From: Trichosphaerium sp. ATCC 40318
Taxonomy: Eukaryota; Protista; Tubulinea
Length of the DNA stretch: 64,000 bases
Direction: 5' to 3'
Assembly (NCBI GenBank): GCA_038496445.1
Contig: JALMLS010000370.1
Span: 1 to 64,000, forward strand
The notes below the pieces were generated by a model, which saw nothing but the letters and a program-made list of their open reading frames with translations, was not told the origin of the DNA and did not search any database. The position numbers and the translations under genes are program-made. Every line of letters begins with the position of its first letter. Within the stretch, counting starts at the first letter, position 1. Positions 24,922 through 38,514 of the stretch are shown here, one piece after another.

Positions 24922-27208
24922 TCACATAGCCATAGCATCATAACCACCGTCGCTACTCTTCAATGGTTGTGTTACATGTCCTACAGGAGTGTATCCTACA
25001 CTTTGACCTTTTGTACGGCTAAATGCAGACTTTGTTTTCTTACAGCAAAAAACAACATTAGAATCATCGACATCATCGACATCACGATTTTCCTCATCAT
25101 ACGACATTGATGCCGTTATAGAACCAGAAAAACCATCATACGATATATTTGACGATCCATCTGGGCTGTCAAAAAAGCTTGGTAGCTCTATTGGGCGCCA
25201 TACTCCTCTACCGAGTTCTATCCGTGGGGAAGACTGAAAAAAAAATGTCAGAAAACGCAACATCAAAAAAAAATCAAAAAAAAACGCTACAGAACGTCAC
25301 GTTATGCGACGGATGTATTTCACGCTTTTTTCGAAAAAAACCCGAAGAAAATACGTACGGAATTGACATTAACAATTTCTTGTACTCGTATCCTTGATTC
25401 TGATCGAGGTTTACTTGGTTGACGTGTTGTTTCTGATAGCATTTTTATTTTAGGTAACAAAGGTTTCGGTTGAGAATCCTGTTGTTTGAGTGTCTGTGAT
25501 CGTTGTGTGCGTGATCTACACCCACTTGTGAATAAAGACACTTGTGGTGGACATATAGGAGCAGATATACTGTGCCGCCGTGGTCTTATACTTGTTCTAA
25601 AGGAGAATGAACATCATACTTATTTTTGAACGGCTTTTTTTAAATAAAATCGTTTTACGTAGTTAAAAAGTTACGAAGGACACTGAAAGTACACCGGTAT
25701 TAAAGGGAACAGTAAAGAGTATTTTAATAGTATAAAATTGAATTGTTTCGAACAACACCAAGCGAGGAAAATACAAATTTTGAAAAAAAAAAGAAAAAAA
25801 AAGTCAGAGTTTCAAGGTTTGTTTACGTACAAATCGATTTGTAGTCTATTGCTGTTCTTGATTTCCCGTTCACGTTTAACTTGGTTCTCAAAATCATCAA
25901 TATTCGATAACGTCCACCTAATTAAAAAATATACGTTAATACGAGACCAACCCGAATTGAAAGCTCCAAAAAAAAATAATCCAAAATAAAAAAAGCAAAA
26001 AAAAAAACAAAAGGCAAGGCTAATAGTACGTACTGTTCTTGTTTTCGGCCTTGTTGTGAAACACCAGGCATAGGTTTACGGAGCTGGTCAAGTAAACTTT
26101 GTTCCCATTGGTGTACAGAACCGATAGGATTGAGTGAATCCCAATTTTTTTCAGTGTAAGTCTTGATATCTCGGAAAGAAAACTTTCCTTTTGGTCTAGC
26201 CTTTTGAAGGTTATACAATACTATTTTTACAACCGTTTGCCAGTCTTTACGCCCTAAAATGATAATGTAAGTAACTACAATACCAAAACTAAAAAAGAAG
26301 CCAAACCAAACGAAAAAGAAAAGAAAAAAAAAAAGGTCCGAAAATAACCAAAAAAAAAACAAAACATTTTTGGGAGTTTTTTTCTCCGTTCCTCGTAGAG
26401 GAGGACGTCGACTTTTCTTTTCATACCTCGCGTAAAGCTACCGTTACAAACGCATTTTCCGCATGTGAATTCGTAAGAAATATCACCTAAATGTATAAAT
26501 TAGCGAAACGAGAAAAAAGAGAAACTTGGAGCCTGTGTGGTACACTCCGTAAAACGGTTTTTTTTTTTTCGCAACTTTTTTTTTTTTTGGTTTAATAATT
26601 TGCGTACACGGAAGTGGCCAATGGCCGTCTTTAACACATGTTACCATATCGTTTACGCCATATTCGCGATTACACTCGGCACAGGACAGTGTAGCTGGCG
26701 GTACTACTATAATAGTATATTTAGTACATAAAATAAAGCGTAATAATAGTCGGTAGCGCGTATAAGCGTTTTGGCGAAATAGAAACAAACAAAAAGCAAA
26801 AAAAAATATTTTCAGAAGTTTCGAAAATAATCAAAGGAAAAACGTACAAGGTCGCATAGGTTTTGAAGTTTTCTTACGTTTAGGACGCTTATTGCGCCCT
26901 CTGTTACCAGGGTCATAATCGGGATCATCGTTGGAAGGAGATCCACGCTTTTTGGTAGATTTAGATGTAGTTGGCTTGCTTCCACAGGTGTTGTTTTGAG
27001 GTTTGCACGGAGGGTGTAAGAAGCAATCTATAGTGAGACCATCAAGGTTTTTTAGACCGCCTACTATTATATCCTTGTGTTGTCTTGGTGAAGGGTGTTT
27101 TGTAGGTGTGGGTAGTTCTCTTGGGCTTCCGTTTATTGTGAAAAATTTGTAGCCGTCAGTTGGTAATGAGGATTTGAAAGAGCATATTGTTGAAGCTGCT
27201 TGCGTCAT
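24922..27208 (-). CDS. Atypical PHD + winged-helix (Polycomb-like/ASH2-type) chromatin protein
   Basis: CAEC..CVKDGHWPLPCDISYEFTCGKC..RKDWQTVVKIVLYNL..KFSFRDIKTYTEKNWDSL; basic NLS-like stretch; disordered C-terminus. Confidence 0.7.
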
Positions 27209-27507
27209 TTTTGATAGTTAATATATTTTTGTGTAGTGCGTGCTATTGTAAAAGTTAGGTGTCAGAATACAAGAATCGCGTATTGATATGGTGGGGTAAA
27301 GTTATAAAGTAATTGGCGCATGTCGCGACGTTTAGTTCGATCAGGCGCAGATCGGAAGGAAACAGAAAAAAAAAACCGACAGGACAATAGTGAGGCTGTA
27401 GACGGAATGGGGATCGCGTACGCTTAAAAAAATTGAGTGTTGTGTTGATCAATTGCCTAAAATCAATTTATACATGTGTCACCTTGTGTGGTGTTAGGCG
27501 ATCGTTT

Positions 27508-30500
27508 ATGTTTTCTGGTAAAGCTGCTGCGTGTACTGCAGTGTTTCAATAGTTGTTTAAATTGACTTTTGATTGACCCAATATTTTTACCTCTTTTACT
27601 AGATATTTTTTCTGAACTTGTTGCGTCTTCGGAAAAAAGGAACAGAAAACGTATGAGAGTTTTTGTTGGAGCGACCCCAGGATTGGAGGCGCTACTCAAG
27701 GAGGAGCTCACGCCACTATTAAAGCACCCAAAAATACGTATTACAGGTGGTAAAAGAGGTGCACAATTGATTTAGTTTGTTCTGCAGTAAAAAAGCTACG
27801 CAATCGATCATTTACGCGCCATATAAGGTGATGGTGGCGTAGAGATCAGTGGTTTAAGAAAACGAGATTTATGGGATGTCATCGCGTTTTCTCGTATACA
27901 GGGTGCCGTGAAATGTCTGTGAATGATTTAAATGACTCTTTTGCAAGAAAAAACATTAATGACAATCGGAGGCTTCAAAGCGACCAATCTAGGCGCTTTT
28001 AAGCGCGGTTTATCACAAATGAACTGGTGAGTTCTCGTTTATTCTCAAAAAACGCTTATTGTCAACTTGGGCGGAATATATCCCTCGTTCTAAGGACATA
28101 CCAGTAGTACACGCAACATGCAAACAGTCACCGCTTAAAAACTCTTCTTTACTAAAGGTACACAAAACAAACACACATTCCATGGTTAGAAACCAGCAAA
28201 TCTCCTCGCAGAAACTTCTCAAAACGAAAAAAAAACCGTTTTTTTTTATGTTTTCAGGCGATGGCATTGATTATTGTCAAAGGAGAAGCTCCGCACTTAT
28301 TTACATGAGAGACGACTGCGCGGAATAACAGGGCTACATACAGGACCATTACCAGATGTTTACGCCCATATAGAAGGGAGTCACGTGCGCGTACGTCAAC
28401 AAAGCGGATAATATCAAAAAAAAAACTAACAATTTCCCGTTAACCTCGTCGTTTGTATTTTTTTTTGCGAACTTTGGAAGATGGTATTTCTATTTGCTTA
28501 CACATAGGAAAAAAATCAAAAAGCTTTTGATTTTTTTTTCGGACCACATTTTAAAATTATAACAACATTCAAAGCCAGTAGTCGTTTGTTTTTTCAATAA
28601 AATAACGTGCTCACGGTGCGCTTGGGTTTTAATTTTTTTTCTGAAATGTTTTTTTTTTGTTTCGAAAAAATAAGCGTTTCCAGCTAACATACCTCTTGTA
28701 GATAAGTAAGGATAACAACTTGCCAAGTTTTTTTGAGTTTTTTTTTTTTCTGGAGTTAATAACAATCTTGCTCCTATATAGGTGTCACGGCAAGCTTAGG
28801 GTCATATAAAAGAGGATATTTAAAGGATAAACATGTTGTACCTGGTGGATTGCGAGAGGTGCTGTTTATTCCCTAGGTTGTATGAAAAACTGAAAATTGA
28901 AGTGATTTTTTTTTTTTCGACTTTGCTTAATTTTGACTTCGCACTTGCGTATTCAAACAACAAAAATGATAGCACGGGTCACTCCGTATTTAACACATTC
29001 TATAGAACGTTGTCAGAGTTTTTTTATCTCTGAACGTTTTGATCACATCACGTGATTCGTATTTTCTAAAAAAACATTTTTCCGAAAGTCCGACCACTTA
29101 TTAGTTGCTAAAAAAAAATGATGTTGTCATCAACATCTTCGTACAGTAGAAGTCATTTGAAGCTTGCTACATATTTTTACCTATTTTTGTCCATAGCACA
29201 TATTGGTGTACTATTATACTAACGACGTAGTTTTAGCATGTCGCTGCTGGTGTAGCTTGGTCTCTCTTTGCTGAGAATGCACTTACAGAGCGTCTAGATA
29301 GGCGTGTTGTTACATTGTGGGACCCATTTTGTGGGTCAGGAACAATTCTACAAGAAGGTGAGCGGTGACCACAATATTCAAACGAAAAAATCTGCGGGTG
29401 CAGTTTTTCGGTAGCTATCTCTGCACTTTTTCTTTTTAGTCAGAAAATTCTACGGCCATCACAACCTGAAAAGCGGAACACGCTCGTATTTTCTTTTGTG
29501 ACTGTCAAAGTTTTTTTTTTTATGTACGAGTGCGTTGTTGAACTATTCAGTCGCGTAGTATTTGCAGTAGGTATCAATCTTTTTTTTATAAAAAGTGTAT
29601 AGAGGGTAATCGAAGGTTATATGATAATTATAACTACAGTGTTGAGCCTTATTTTCAGTTGTAAGAAAAACAGTTTGTTTTCGGCTCGAGTTTTCTCAAA
29701 GATCTTCTTGAAACGACATTGTTCGTTCTTTCTATTGTCTTTTTTATGTATAATTTTATGCGTACGAACCGAAAAAACTCAAATACTTTGTAGTGCTATT
29801 TTTGTCTTTGAGTTCTTTTTTTTTTTTGACAAAAAAAAGTGAGTTTTCTCGTTTGGTTTCTCTTTATTTTTATTGTTTTGTTTGCTTATTTTTTTTAATA
29901 GCTATCGGGTATCTACACCGTCCTATATCTGATAAACCTCAGCACTTTCAAGTATGGCCTTCACACTCTCAAGAAGACTATAAAAAATACCTGGAAGAAA
30001 GGTAATCAACTCGAAACATTGAAAAAAAAAAAAGGGCTTATACCCTCATATCGTCTAAAAAAAACGCCCTCAAAAGAATTGATTGTCTAACAGTAACATT
30101 TTTTTTTCCCTTTCAGTTTTTTGCCTTCCATTTTGGGCGAAACAAGCGATTTGACGGATTATTGTTTTTAATTTTTTTGTTTTTGTTGATGGTGATTTCT
30201 TACTACATGTATTAGATCAAAGCGCTTACCTAAAGTAATGCCTGTTTTTGATATTGCCCGAATGGTAGGATCTGATATTTCTCCAAAAGCTATTGATGCC
30301 TCTATCTTTAACAACAAGATGACAAACGAGCAGTTTGGAAAAATGCACAACCTCAATTTTTACAAAGGTACACTTTTTATTTCTGTTTTATTTTTGGCAT
30401 CTTTTTGCTCTCCAAAGCCTTCTATTTTAGTTGTCTTGTTTTGTAAAAATATCATTATTGCTTCAACGACATATTTCAAAATTTACAGTAACAACACTGA

Positions 30501-30890
30501 CGAGGTATAGGCGATTTTGAACAAGTGTATAATAGTCAATTTTACACTCACGAAAAAAATATTGTTATCGCTTCAAATATACCCTATGGAAACTTGGTAG
30601 ATAACTCTGATCTTAATGATACATTCAAGAGATTTGGTGAGATGATAAAAAACAATCGTAATCGTATAAGAGACGTGATGGTTTTAAGTGGATATCCAAA
30701 ATTTGAGAGATTGACACGACTACGTTGGAATACTCTTCTCAGTTTTAAGAATAGAGGGTATCCTGTCCGGCTTCTAAACCTTGAAAACAGCGAAAATCCT
30801 CAGTTTAGGTACTCAAATGCATTTGAGGACTCTGGAAAGAAATCAAAGGAGAAGAATCGGAACAATGAGACTCCAACAAATAACAAATAA
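27508..30890 (+). CDS. THUMP-domain RlmL/Trm14-like RNA methyltransferase
   Basis: ATPGLEALLKEEL, SYKRGY, LREHVAAG, WDPFCGSGTILQEA, GSDISPKAI, ASNIPYG. The model needs a 4-nt microexon (28702-28705) and one 1-nt indel near 28280. Confidence 0.85.
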
Positions 30891-31272
30891 AGATGCTTTG
30901 ACGAGCTGTTGAGAAACAAATCTTTTTTGGTGATTATTGTCGTGCTAGCTCACTTGGCACGATTGCCTTACTACTGACCTGAGGTTAGGACTTAAATTAA
31001 CTTCAACTTAGTCGTGTCACGAACAAATTATTATTATTTTATTTTACATCCGTTGACTTCCACTGGCCCAATAGGGCGCTCATTCCACGAAAGGTGAAGT
31101 AATAGATGCCACCATATTCATTCATCGATGGGTTTCTGTGGATAAATCCAGAGCAGTTCATGTTTCAGTAATGTTTTTCCTCGCTTAGCAATTCCGACTA
31201 AGTGAGCTCATGTTTGTAATTTAAGGTCACCTTTTTAGTTCGTATTATTTTTGTGTTGTTTGTATTCGCGCT

Positions 31273-33126
31273 ATGGCGACTGTGAAAGGTATAGTGGTTT
31301 CGTCTTTAGCTGCTACTGGTGAGATATGCTGCCTAGTCAGCGCAGGTGTGAATGTCATTAACAATATGTAACGTTTCGTATTCTTAACTGTTTTTAGGCG
31401 TCCTCATGGTTAGAATAGGTGTTTTAAGTGATAGTTCTGTAAAAGATATTTCAAAGCTTGTGAAATCACTTGTGATGCCTGCATTACTATTCGCTCGCGG
31501 TATTTCTTTGTTGATTTAAGCTTTTGAAGTTGATTTAAGTTTTTTGTAAAAAGTAACAACTTTTTCTGATGAGACCTTTGTGTAGTTTCTGAGGTCGTCA
31601 CGCTTTCGCAATTAGTTACTTACTGGCCTACGATCGTATTTCCATACTTATACATTGCTTTTGGGCTATTGATTGGATGGACTATTACAAAGTACTGTCA
31701 ACCTTAATTTGGAAAGAAATTATTTTTTCTTGAAAAAGTTCTTGAAGGCCTAATTAGAATTCATTATCCTTTTTTAGAGCAACTTGTACATCTACATCTC
31801 TACAACGTTTTATGATGTGTGTTTTGGGATTTTCAAATACAACAAGCTTGGCGTTGGCGTATACAGCATCACTCATTGAAAAATCGCCTCAAGTACACTT
31901 TCTGAACATTCTGATTTTTTTCTTGTGTTGTTTATTCTTTGCTCTATTGTTTAGCTGTTCCAATCCGATGCAAAGGAAACAACAGAGATACTCGAGGTAA
32001 TAATAAATTAAATACGAGTAATGATACACGTGCCAGAAAAAATTAAGAAAATACAAAAAGGGTAGAGCGATATCGTACATCATGTTGATTACAATTTTTA
32101 TGCAATTTCCCAGATGGTTGATCGGTTATAATCTACTAGCCAAAGGAAAGGTATTACTTATCCTAGAATCAACCAGTGTTTCTCTGGTAAGTGGTTATGT
32201 TAAACTATTGATGTAGGACGATAATGAAGACAATGGTGAGCAAGGGAGTATACAAGATGCTAATAGCACAGAGATGGAAGTCCTCATGGCAACTGATACA
32301 AGTCTCGTCACTGACATCGAAGAAGTTGAAGAAACTGAAGAAATCTCTCCTGTAGCAACTGCAGATGTACCCATACAGCAACCGGTTGCGTCTGCGTGGG
32401 CACATGTAGTTAGGTATTTGAAAGTGATTTCGAGTATGCTTACACCTCCAATATATATAGGCGTCCTTGGTATGTGCGCTTCTGCGTTTTACATCAACGC
32501 AATCTTTAAAAAAGTTAAGTCACTGATTGTTGTCTTGTAGCTGTTTTTATTGGTTGTGTGCCACAACTGAGAGCGTTGTTTCATGAAAGCAATTACATTA
32601 AAGGGACACCACCATTGAGTTTTATCACAACTGCATGTAAGATGATTGGTAACTGCTTTGTACCATTTTCTATGATGATACTAGGAAGTAAAATAGCTTA
32701 TGTACTCAACTTCAAGTCCTCCTTTTTGATACTAACCCTTTTCTTATTTAGGGACCTCCAAGAAAGGATGTATCACTTAAATGGTTAAGTGTAGCATCGA
32801 TCATAAAGTTGATTGTCATGCCTGCTTTCTTTACCTTTGGCACAGTTTATTTCCTTGCACATAAAGTCATTGGGTTATTTTCTGATGACAAGGTAATGCT
32901 TGTTGTATTGATGCTTGAAGGGTGTACGTTGGCATACAATTTGGTTAGTTGGTTTTTTTTAAATTAAGATTACGTAGGCACTCCTACTGCTGTAGGCGTT
33001 GTTGTTATGGCAACCATACATGGAAACATGGCTGATGGTGTATCAGCGTTGCTGTTTTACCAGTACATCGCTGCAGTGGTTACAGTATCTGCTAGTGCAA
33101 TGGCAATACTTGCCACATTGCAATAA
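31273..33126 (+). CDS. Auxin efflux carrier / PIN-LIKES (Mem_trans) transporter
   Basis: ISKLVKSLVMPALLF, GFSNTTSL, TPPIYIGVL, IGNCFVPFSMMILG, KLIVMPAF, TPTAVGVVVMATIHG. Confidence 0.88.
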
Positions 33127-34039
33127 CACATGAACAAAAAAAAACCTAATTCACCGACTAAAAAAAAACACTTACTTTCTTTATAACTTGTCCATAATAA
33201 TATAAACTATGTGCCGATTTAAAATAGTTTGTTGTTTGATGAAACGCATTCAGCGTGGTTTGGATGATACTGTGTTTCAGTAATCCTTCCACAAAAGTAA
33301 CCGTGAACTGGTTGTTTGTTGAGCCACTAGCATGGCTACAGATACATCGTAGAATCTTCAAAGGAGAAATTTACTTGGTAGAGTTTGTAACGAGTGCCTG
33401 TAACCCAAGCACAACAGTTGGATGAGAGTAGATAGATATTAATTCTGAAAAACAGAACAATTCAAAAACACTAGTGCTTGGTTGACAGTGAACACACTCT
33501 CAGACTGTTGGCCTTAAATTCTGCCTTTGAGACCTATGAACAATAATATTTACAAGAAATGGTCTCTTTCCAATATTTCTGGTTGTCGTGAGCGACGGTA
33601 AAACACTACTAGACGAATGAAATGGCATTACGTGAAAGACCCTTTTAGGAGCTAAATTTTGTTATTCTATTACGTCATACCGTGTTACAATTTTGGAGAG
33701 ATTTTAGGTGGTTTAGTAAATAAAAACGCGCAGTTTTGTTGGATATTGTTCACGCGTGGTAACACATTTTGGTTAGCTTAAAAAGGATTCGCGAAACAAA
33801 GTAAAGTTCACGTATTAAAACGTGATTTTGATTTCGCGAAAACAGTCAGTTGTACTTTACAGTGAGATCTTAGTTATTAAGGTATTATGTAAGGTATATA
33901 TACAGCTCATTTAGTTCGCTGTAGATATGATTTTGGAGATGATGGCAGTACAGTACTCTCCGATACATCCTCATAGCTGTTGATAGAATAAACTGTGTTT
34001 TGTACAACTTAGCGAATCACACAAGATAACGGGTTGGTC

Positions 34040-34273
34040 AAACAAAAAAATGTGCTGTATCACGTGAGGTTCTTGTATAATTTGACATCAAAGCTAACTA
34101 TATATTTATTTGAAAGCACATAGGGCTAATTCACACAGGATATTGAAAACTCGTTCACCAAAACCACCGAAAACTCGAGTGACAACTTTTTGAATCTTAC
34201 ACATCACCCCGTTAGCATTGATATCAAAGTTATACAAGAATATCACGTGATACAGCACATTTTTTTTTTGTTT
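34040..34273. repeat. About 60-bp imperfect inverted repeat with about 112-bp spacer (MITE-like/hairpin)
   Basis: 34040-34098 is the reverse complement of 34211-34273 with few mismatches. Confidence 0.85.
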
Positions 34274-34655
34274 TTCTGAATCTGCCAAACATTTTATGTA
34301 CCCGCCACACTGTTGGTCTATCGATTTCACTGAGTTCCGTGATTTAATGCTGACGTGGATTAATTGTGTTACACCAAAGTGCCATTATGTAAGTTAGAGC
34401 CATAACAATACCTTTGTACAAAGAACTTACACTTGTAACAAGAATAGGGCTAACATTTGGAAAAATATCAATATCACGTGATACTTTTAACGTTTCTGCA
34501 GTTTTTAGAACGTACGAGCAAATATTTTATAGCGAGTCAGCAGGTTCTTATTCATAGAAAACTAAACGTCGACTATTATTTGTGATCTTTTGTGGACTTC
34601 CTTCGTAAGTGACTTAAATTGTCATTCGTAAGTTTCCAACAAGATAAACGCAACA

Positions 34656-35708
34656 ATGGACCTCATATTCAACGTAGACGGCATGGAATTCATAACAAAG
34701 CAATTTGTACCAGAAAACGCTGTGCGCATAATATCTTCAAAGTACACCCTAGACTTGATGAATGACGCCAACATATCCAAAATATCCAATGGAACAATAC
34801 CTACACTTGGATTCCTTCTAGGTAAGCTTGTGGAGATAGTATTTAACCTTAAAACGTTCTGATTGGTTTTCTATTTAGCGCAACTGAAGAAGGGCTCTAA
34901 CAAAGTACTTTTTTTTTTTTTTTTTGGTTTTCGGTCTTTTTATCTTGATGACATTCAAACACTCTTAGTTAAATAATCTGGTTACTCTTGAGATTGCTTC
35001 AGTTAACGCTAAGAAACTCTCTTTACGAATGAACAGAAAAGACTGTGATCCAGTGGACTTGGTTCTCTCTGCTGACTTGCTAAGATTTAGTACAAAGAAC
35101 AAGCACAAGGTATGGCCTAAACCGTTGGCTTTCTATTCACGTGTTATGTATGAATTTTTTGTTAGGCATGGACTTTGAATGCGTTAGGTAACAAGGCAAC
35201 TGTGAATGGTGGGAATGATTGTAAGTACACTTTTTTTTTGCTGTTGTGCTATCTAACATACATGGTGTTAAGCTGTTGTTTTACTTAAACCTTCAGTGTC
35301 TGAGAACAAAAGAACTGTGTCGTTCAAGTACGCACATAGTAACTTAAGTGTCAAAATAGCTGACTGATTGTTAGGATTCTTGGACTCTCGACTTCGTTGA
35401 GAATAGGTATTGTACCTTGCAAACAGTTCAACTTGAGCAGTAGGCTTGGTAGCGCTGGAAATCACTATGGTGCTGGCTTATCTCCAAGAGGTGGAGTTAC
35501 CCTATGCCAAGTACAAACTGGTGGTTGCTATAGTGGGGAGGGATTTAATAAAGGTGATATCGTTACAGTGGCAATAGATATCGAGAACAAGAAAGTTGTT
35601 TTTTCCATACGAGGAAAGGAGGTCAGCACCAAAGAGCTTGGCAAATACAGCTCTTATTATTTTGCTGTAAGTGGCTCTAAGGCGTGCTCGTTAATGATCA
35701 TTGACTAG
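34656..35708 (+). CDS. SPRY/B30.2-like domain protein
   Basis: Exons join in frame. C-terminal LRIGIV..GEGFNKGDIVTVAIDIENKKVVFSIRGKEV..YYFAVS is a SPRY-like pattern. Confidence 0.7.
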
Positions 35709-36025
35709 CGATAAAAGTATATTGTAAAACCTTTGGCAATAAACAAAACCTCTGGTCCCTTGTTATCAGTTTAAACAACCTTGTTCCTGAGTGACATCAT
35801 GTACACTGGTTAGATATTTTATTCCTCAACTTACCGTCAAACTACAAATCTTTACAGCCTTGATATTAAACTCAAACTGGTTGTGTTGGTGCTTTGATTT
35901 CGGTGAAACATGCTAAGAAATAAATACTAAGTTTACAATGTTCTTTGAGTTTATTTGTGTCAATGTTATAGAATAGTTCAGGGTTAAGGGTTATTTTCAT
36001 TAGTGGTAAGGTCGAACTTGTGGGG

Positions 36026-38514
36026 TTATTCTAGATCAGCGCTTCTATCCTTTTGAATCTTGTACATTGTAGCAATGCGCTTAGATGCAATTTCGAAATC
36101 CTTCGAATTAACTGAAGGCAAAACGATTGTACCTCCAGCAGCAGTACCCAGGACGAGCATACCAGACTTTGAAGGTTTGGTTATCTTATTCATAAAGTCT
36201 TTCATACTCCTTACTTCTTCACCGTTTACCTGTGTACAGAGTAAGACGAAGCTAATTGAATTCTAATCACTTCTATTTTTGGGAATTTTGTTTGGTGTTT
36301 TTTTTTTCAAACACGTGACTTGACGTACTTTACTAATTTCTGAAAATCTTAGTGATTCGTATCCAGTATTTATTGCATCCTTGAATGTTCTTGTAACTAC
36401 AACTACTTCTGTTCTCTTTGCTGTAGGAAATCCGGTTGTACATAACATGAGCAGGTCCTTTGGTGCCAATGTGAGGAAAGTCGCAGACCCGAAGTAGTGC
36501 CTGAGGGTGGAAAAAGCCAATAAGTAAGTACTTCTTCAAGAAAAAAGAAAGAAAAGAGTGTACCTCAATAATTCAAGACTTAGTGGTTGAAATAACAATC
36601 CACAGTATACAGCGTATGTCAAAGCGCTTTTATACTCTGTCATTGGTGCTAATTCAACCTGTTCTCTTAACTTGATCGTCAACTTAGTCACCTTTTTATT
36701 TCTCAATACAGTAATGGGTACGTCATCGCCTAATTGTAAAAAAAAAAAATGAGAGGGAAAAATAAAAGGAGTTGGATACATACCGACCATATGTTTGTGT
36801 AGTGCAACAACATACTCACTTCTAATAGAACTTGAAAGTTCTATAGATCCATTATTTGCTATATTGTAGCCGTCAACGTTGAGGATGACATCACCTGATC
36901 AAAACTGTTAAAATTGACCTTCAATGAGATTAATGCTATACCCTTCTTTAGAACACCATCTGCTGAACTGCCATAGTATACTCGTACAACTAATGTACCA
37001 GATTGATCTTGCTTCATGCCCAGGTACTCTCGAATAAGACTATTCTCAAGTGTTTGATGTTGTATTCCAAGAGCAGGGAACCCTTTGTAATCGGAACCAA
37101 ATTCTTGTGTTCCTGTCCACGTGAGTTAATATTTGAACAATAGAATTATTTAGCTTTTCATACCTTCTAGGAAATGCTGTATGATAGGAGGTGGGACGAT
37201 ATGTCCGACATTCTCAGCACCTTCAAGAGCTTGAAAAGCAACACCTGGAATAAGAAACCGGTTAGAAAGCTGATAATTTATAAGCGATGTAGTGTACCAA
37301 CAATAGCTCCATTACTGTTAAGTACTGGTCCTCCTGAATTTCCAGAATTAATTGCAGCGTCTACTGTAATACAAAAAAGATCTCTTAGTGAATGAGAGTA
37401 AGGTTGCATCTCTATACGACTGACAACACCATCAGTAACAGACAACTAAATAATTTATCATTTTTTTTGTCTTTTACAGTCGCTAATATTATCGTACCTC
37501 TTCTCCACCTATTGGAAATCCAACAACAAACACACGATCACGTAATTGAGGCACATCACCAAACTGAAGAGGCTGAACATCTTTCAAAAAGGAGGCATCA
37601 TCCGGCTAAGATAAAACAACATTGTAAGCGAAATGGTTGAATGAGGATGGCTTAAGTACCTTTATAAGTGCCAAATCAGCATCATGACATATTGACACAA
37701 CCCTTTAAACGAAATATTAACAAAAACAAAGCGCAAACAAACCTCTAAACAAACGCACGATGCCGGAGTCTTATTAGGAGAAAAAGTCTTTTGAATTTCA
37801 ATGAACGTATGCTGAGCTACCACGTGCGCTGCTGTTAAAATTAAACCACCTTCTATTACAGCACCAGAGCCTACCAGTAAAGTTAAAAAACAAATTACTA
37901 AACTATATACTAAACGCGATGATGAGTCAATTTAAATTAAATTAAAGTTTCGGCCTCAATCTCATGTGTATTATCTAGTGCACGTGTTTTGTGCGTACCT
38001 ACTGCTGAAACTATGTCCAAGGTTTGCCAAGGCATGCCGTAATCAGGCTCTTGAGAAGTACATGTTATCTTTATTACGGCTCTTGCGTACTCCCTGTGAT
38101 CTCTAAAAACAAGTTTTAAGATATCTAAGATTTTGTGGCTGGTACACAATTACCCCGTTGGATTCAGCTCCGCCATCAATTCTTGTATAGTAGTTTGATC
38201 CATGAACGCTATAATAGCAGTTATTAGGCGTTTACAGAAAAAAGAATGTCAGGATCATTTAATTTAGCGCCTTTTTGTTCTTTTTGGCGTACCTTGGCTT
38301 GAAATAGACTCATCATCGTAGTCTAAATGTCATTTAAATTGTTTTCGCTTAAAACGAAATAATTAACGCCAAAAAGTGTACCATCATAAACAGCTGAGCT
38401 GTTTAATTCCTTGTGCTTCCCTTTGCTTCTTTCCCGATGCTTTGTGAGTTGAGCAATAGATCTTTCTTTCTTTAAATGCGATGGTCTAGGAGAAGCGCTT
38501 GGTTGCTGACCCAT
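36026..38514 (-). CDS. Deg/HtrA serine protease (Deg2/9/10-like) with PDZ domains
   Basis: GSGAVI, ILTAAHVV, CHDADLALI, GFPIGGEELSVTDGVVSR, DAAINSGNSGGP; catalytic triad intact; N-terminal MG. Confidence 0.93.

Noticed and set aside
28270-28290. Programmed frameshift in the THUMP gene
   Set aside because: A single extra A in a short homopolymer explains it, and the assembly shows other indel-type errors.
31030-31215. 40-aa minus ORF / small hairpin between THUMP and PILS
   Set aside because: Too short, with no intron support or recognisable RNA motif.
35770-36000. Possible tiny spliced ORF downstream of the Deg protease
   Set aside because: Requires sub-30-nt introns and still hits stops.
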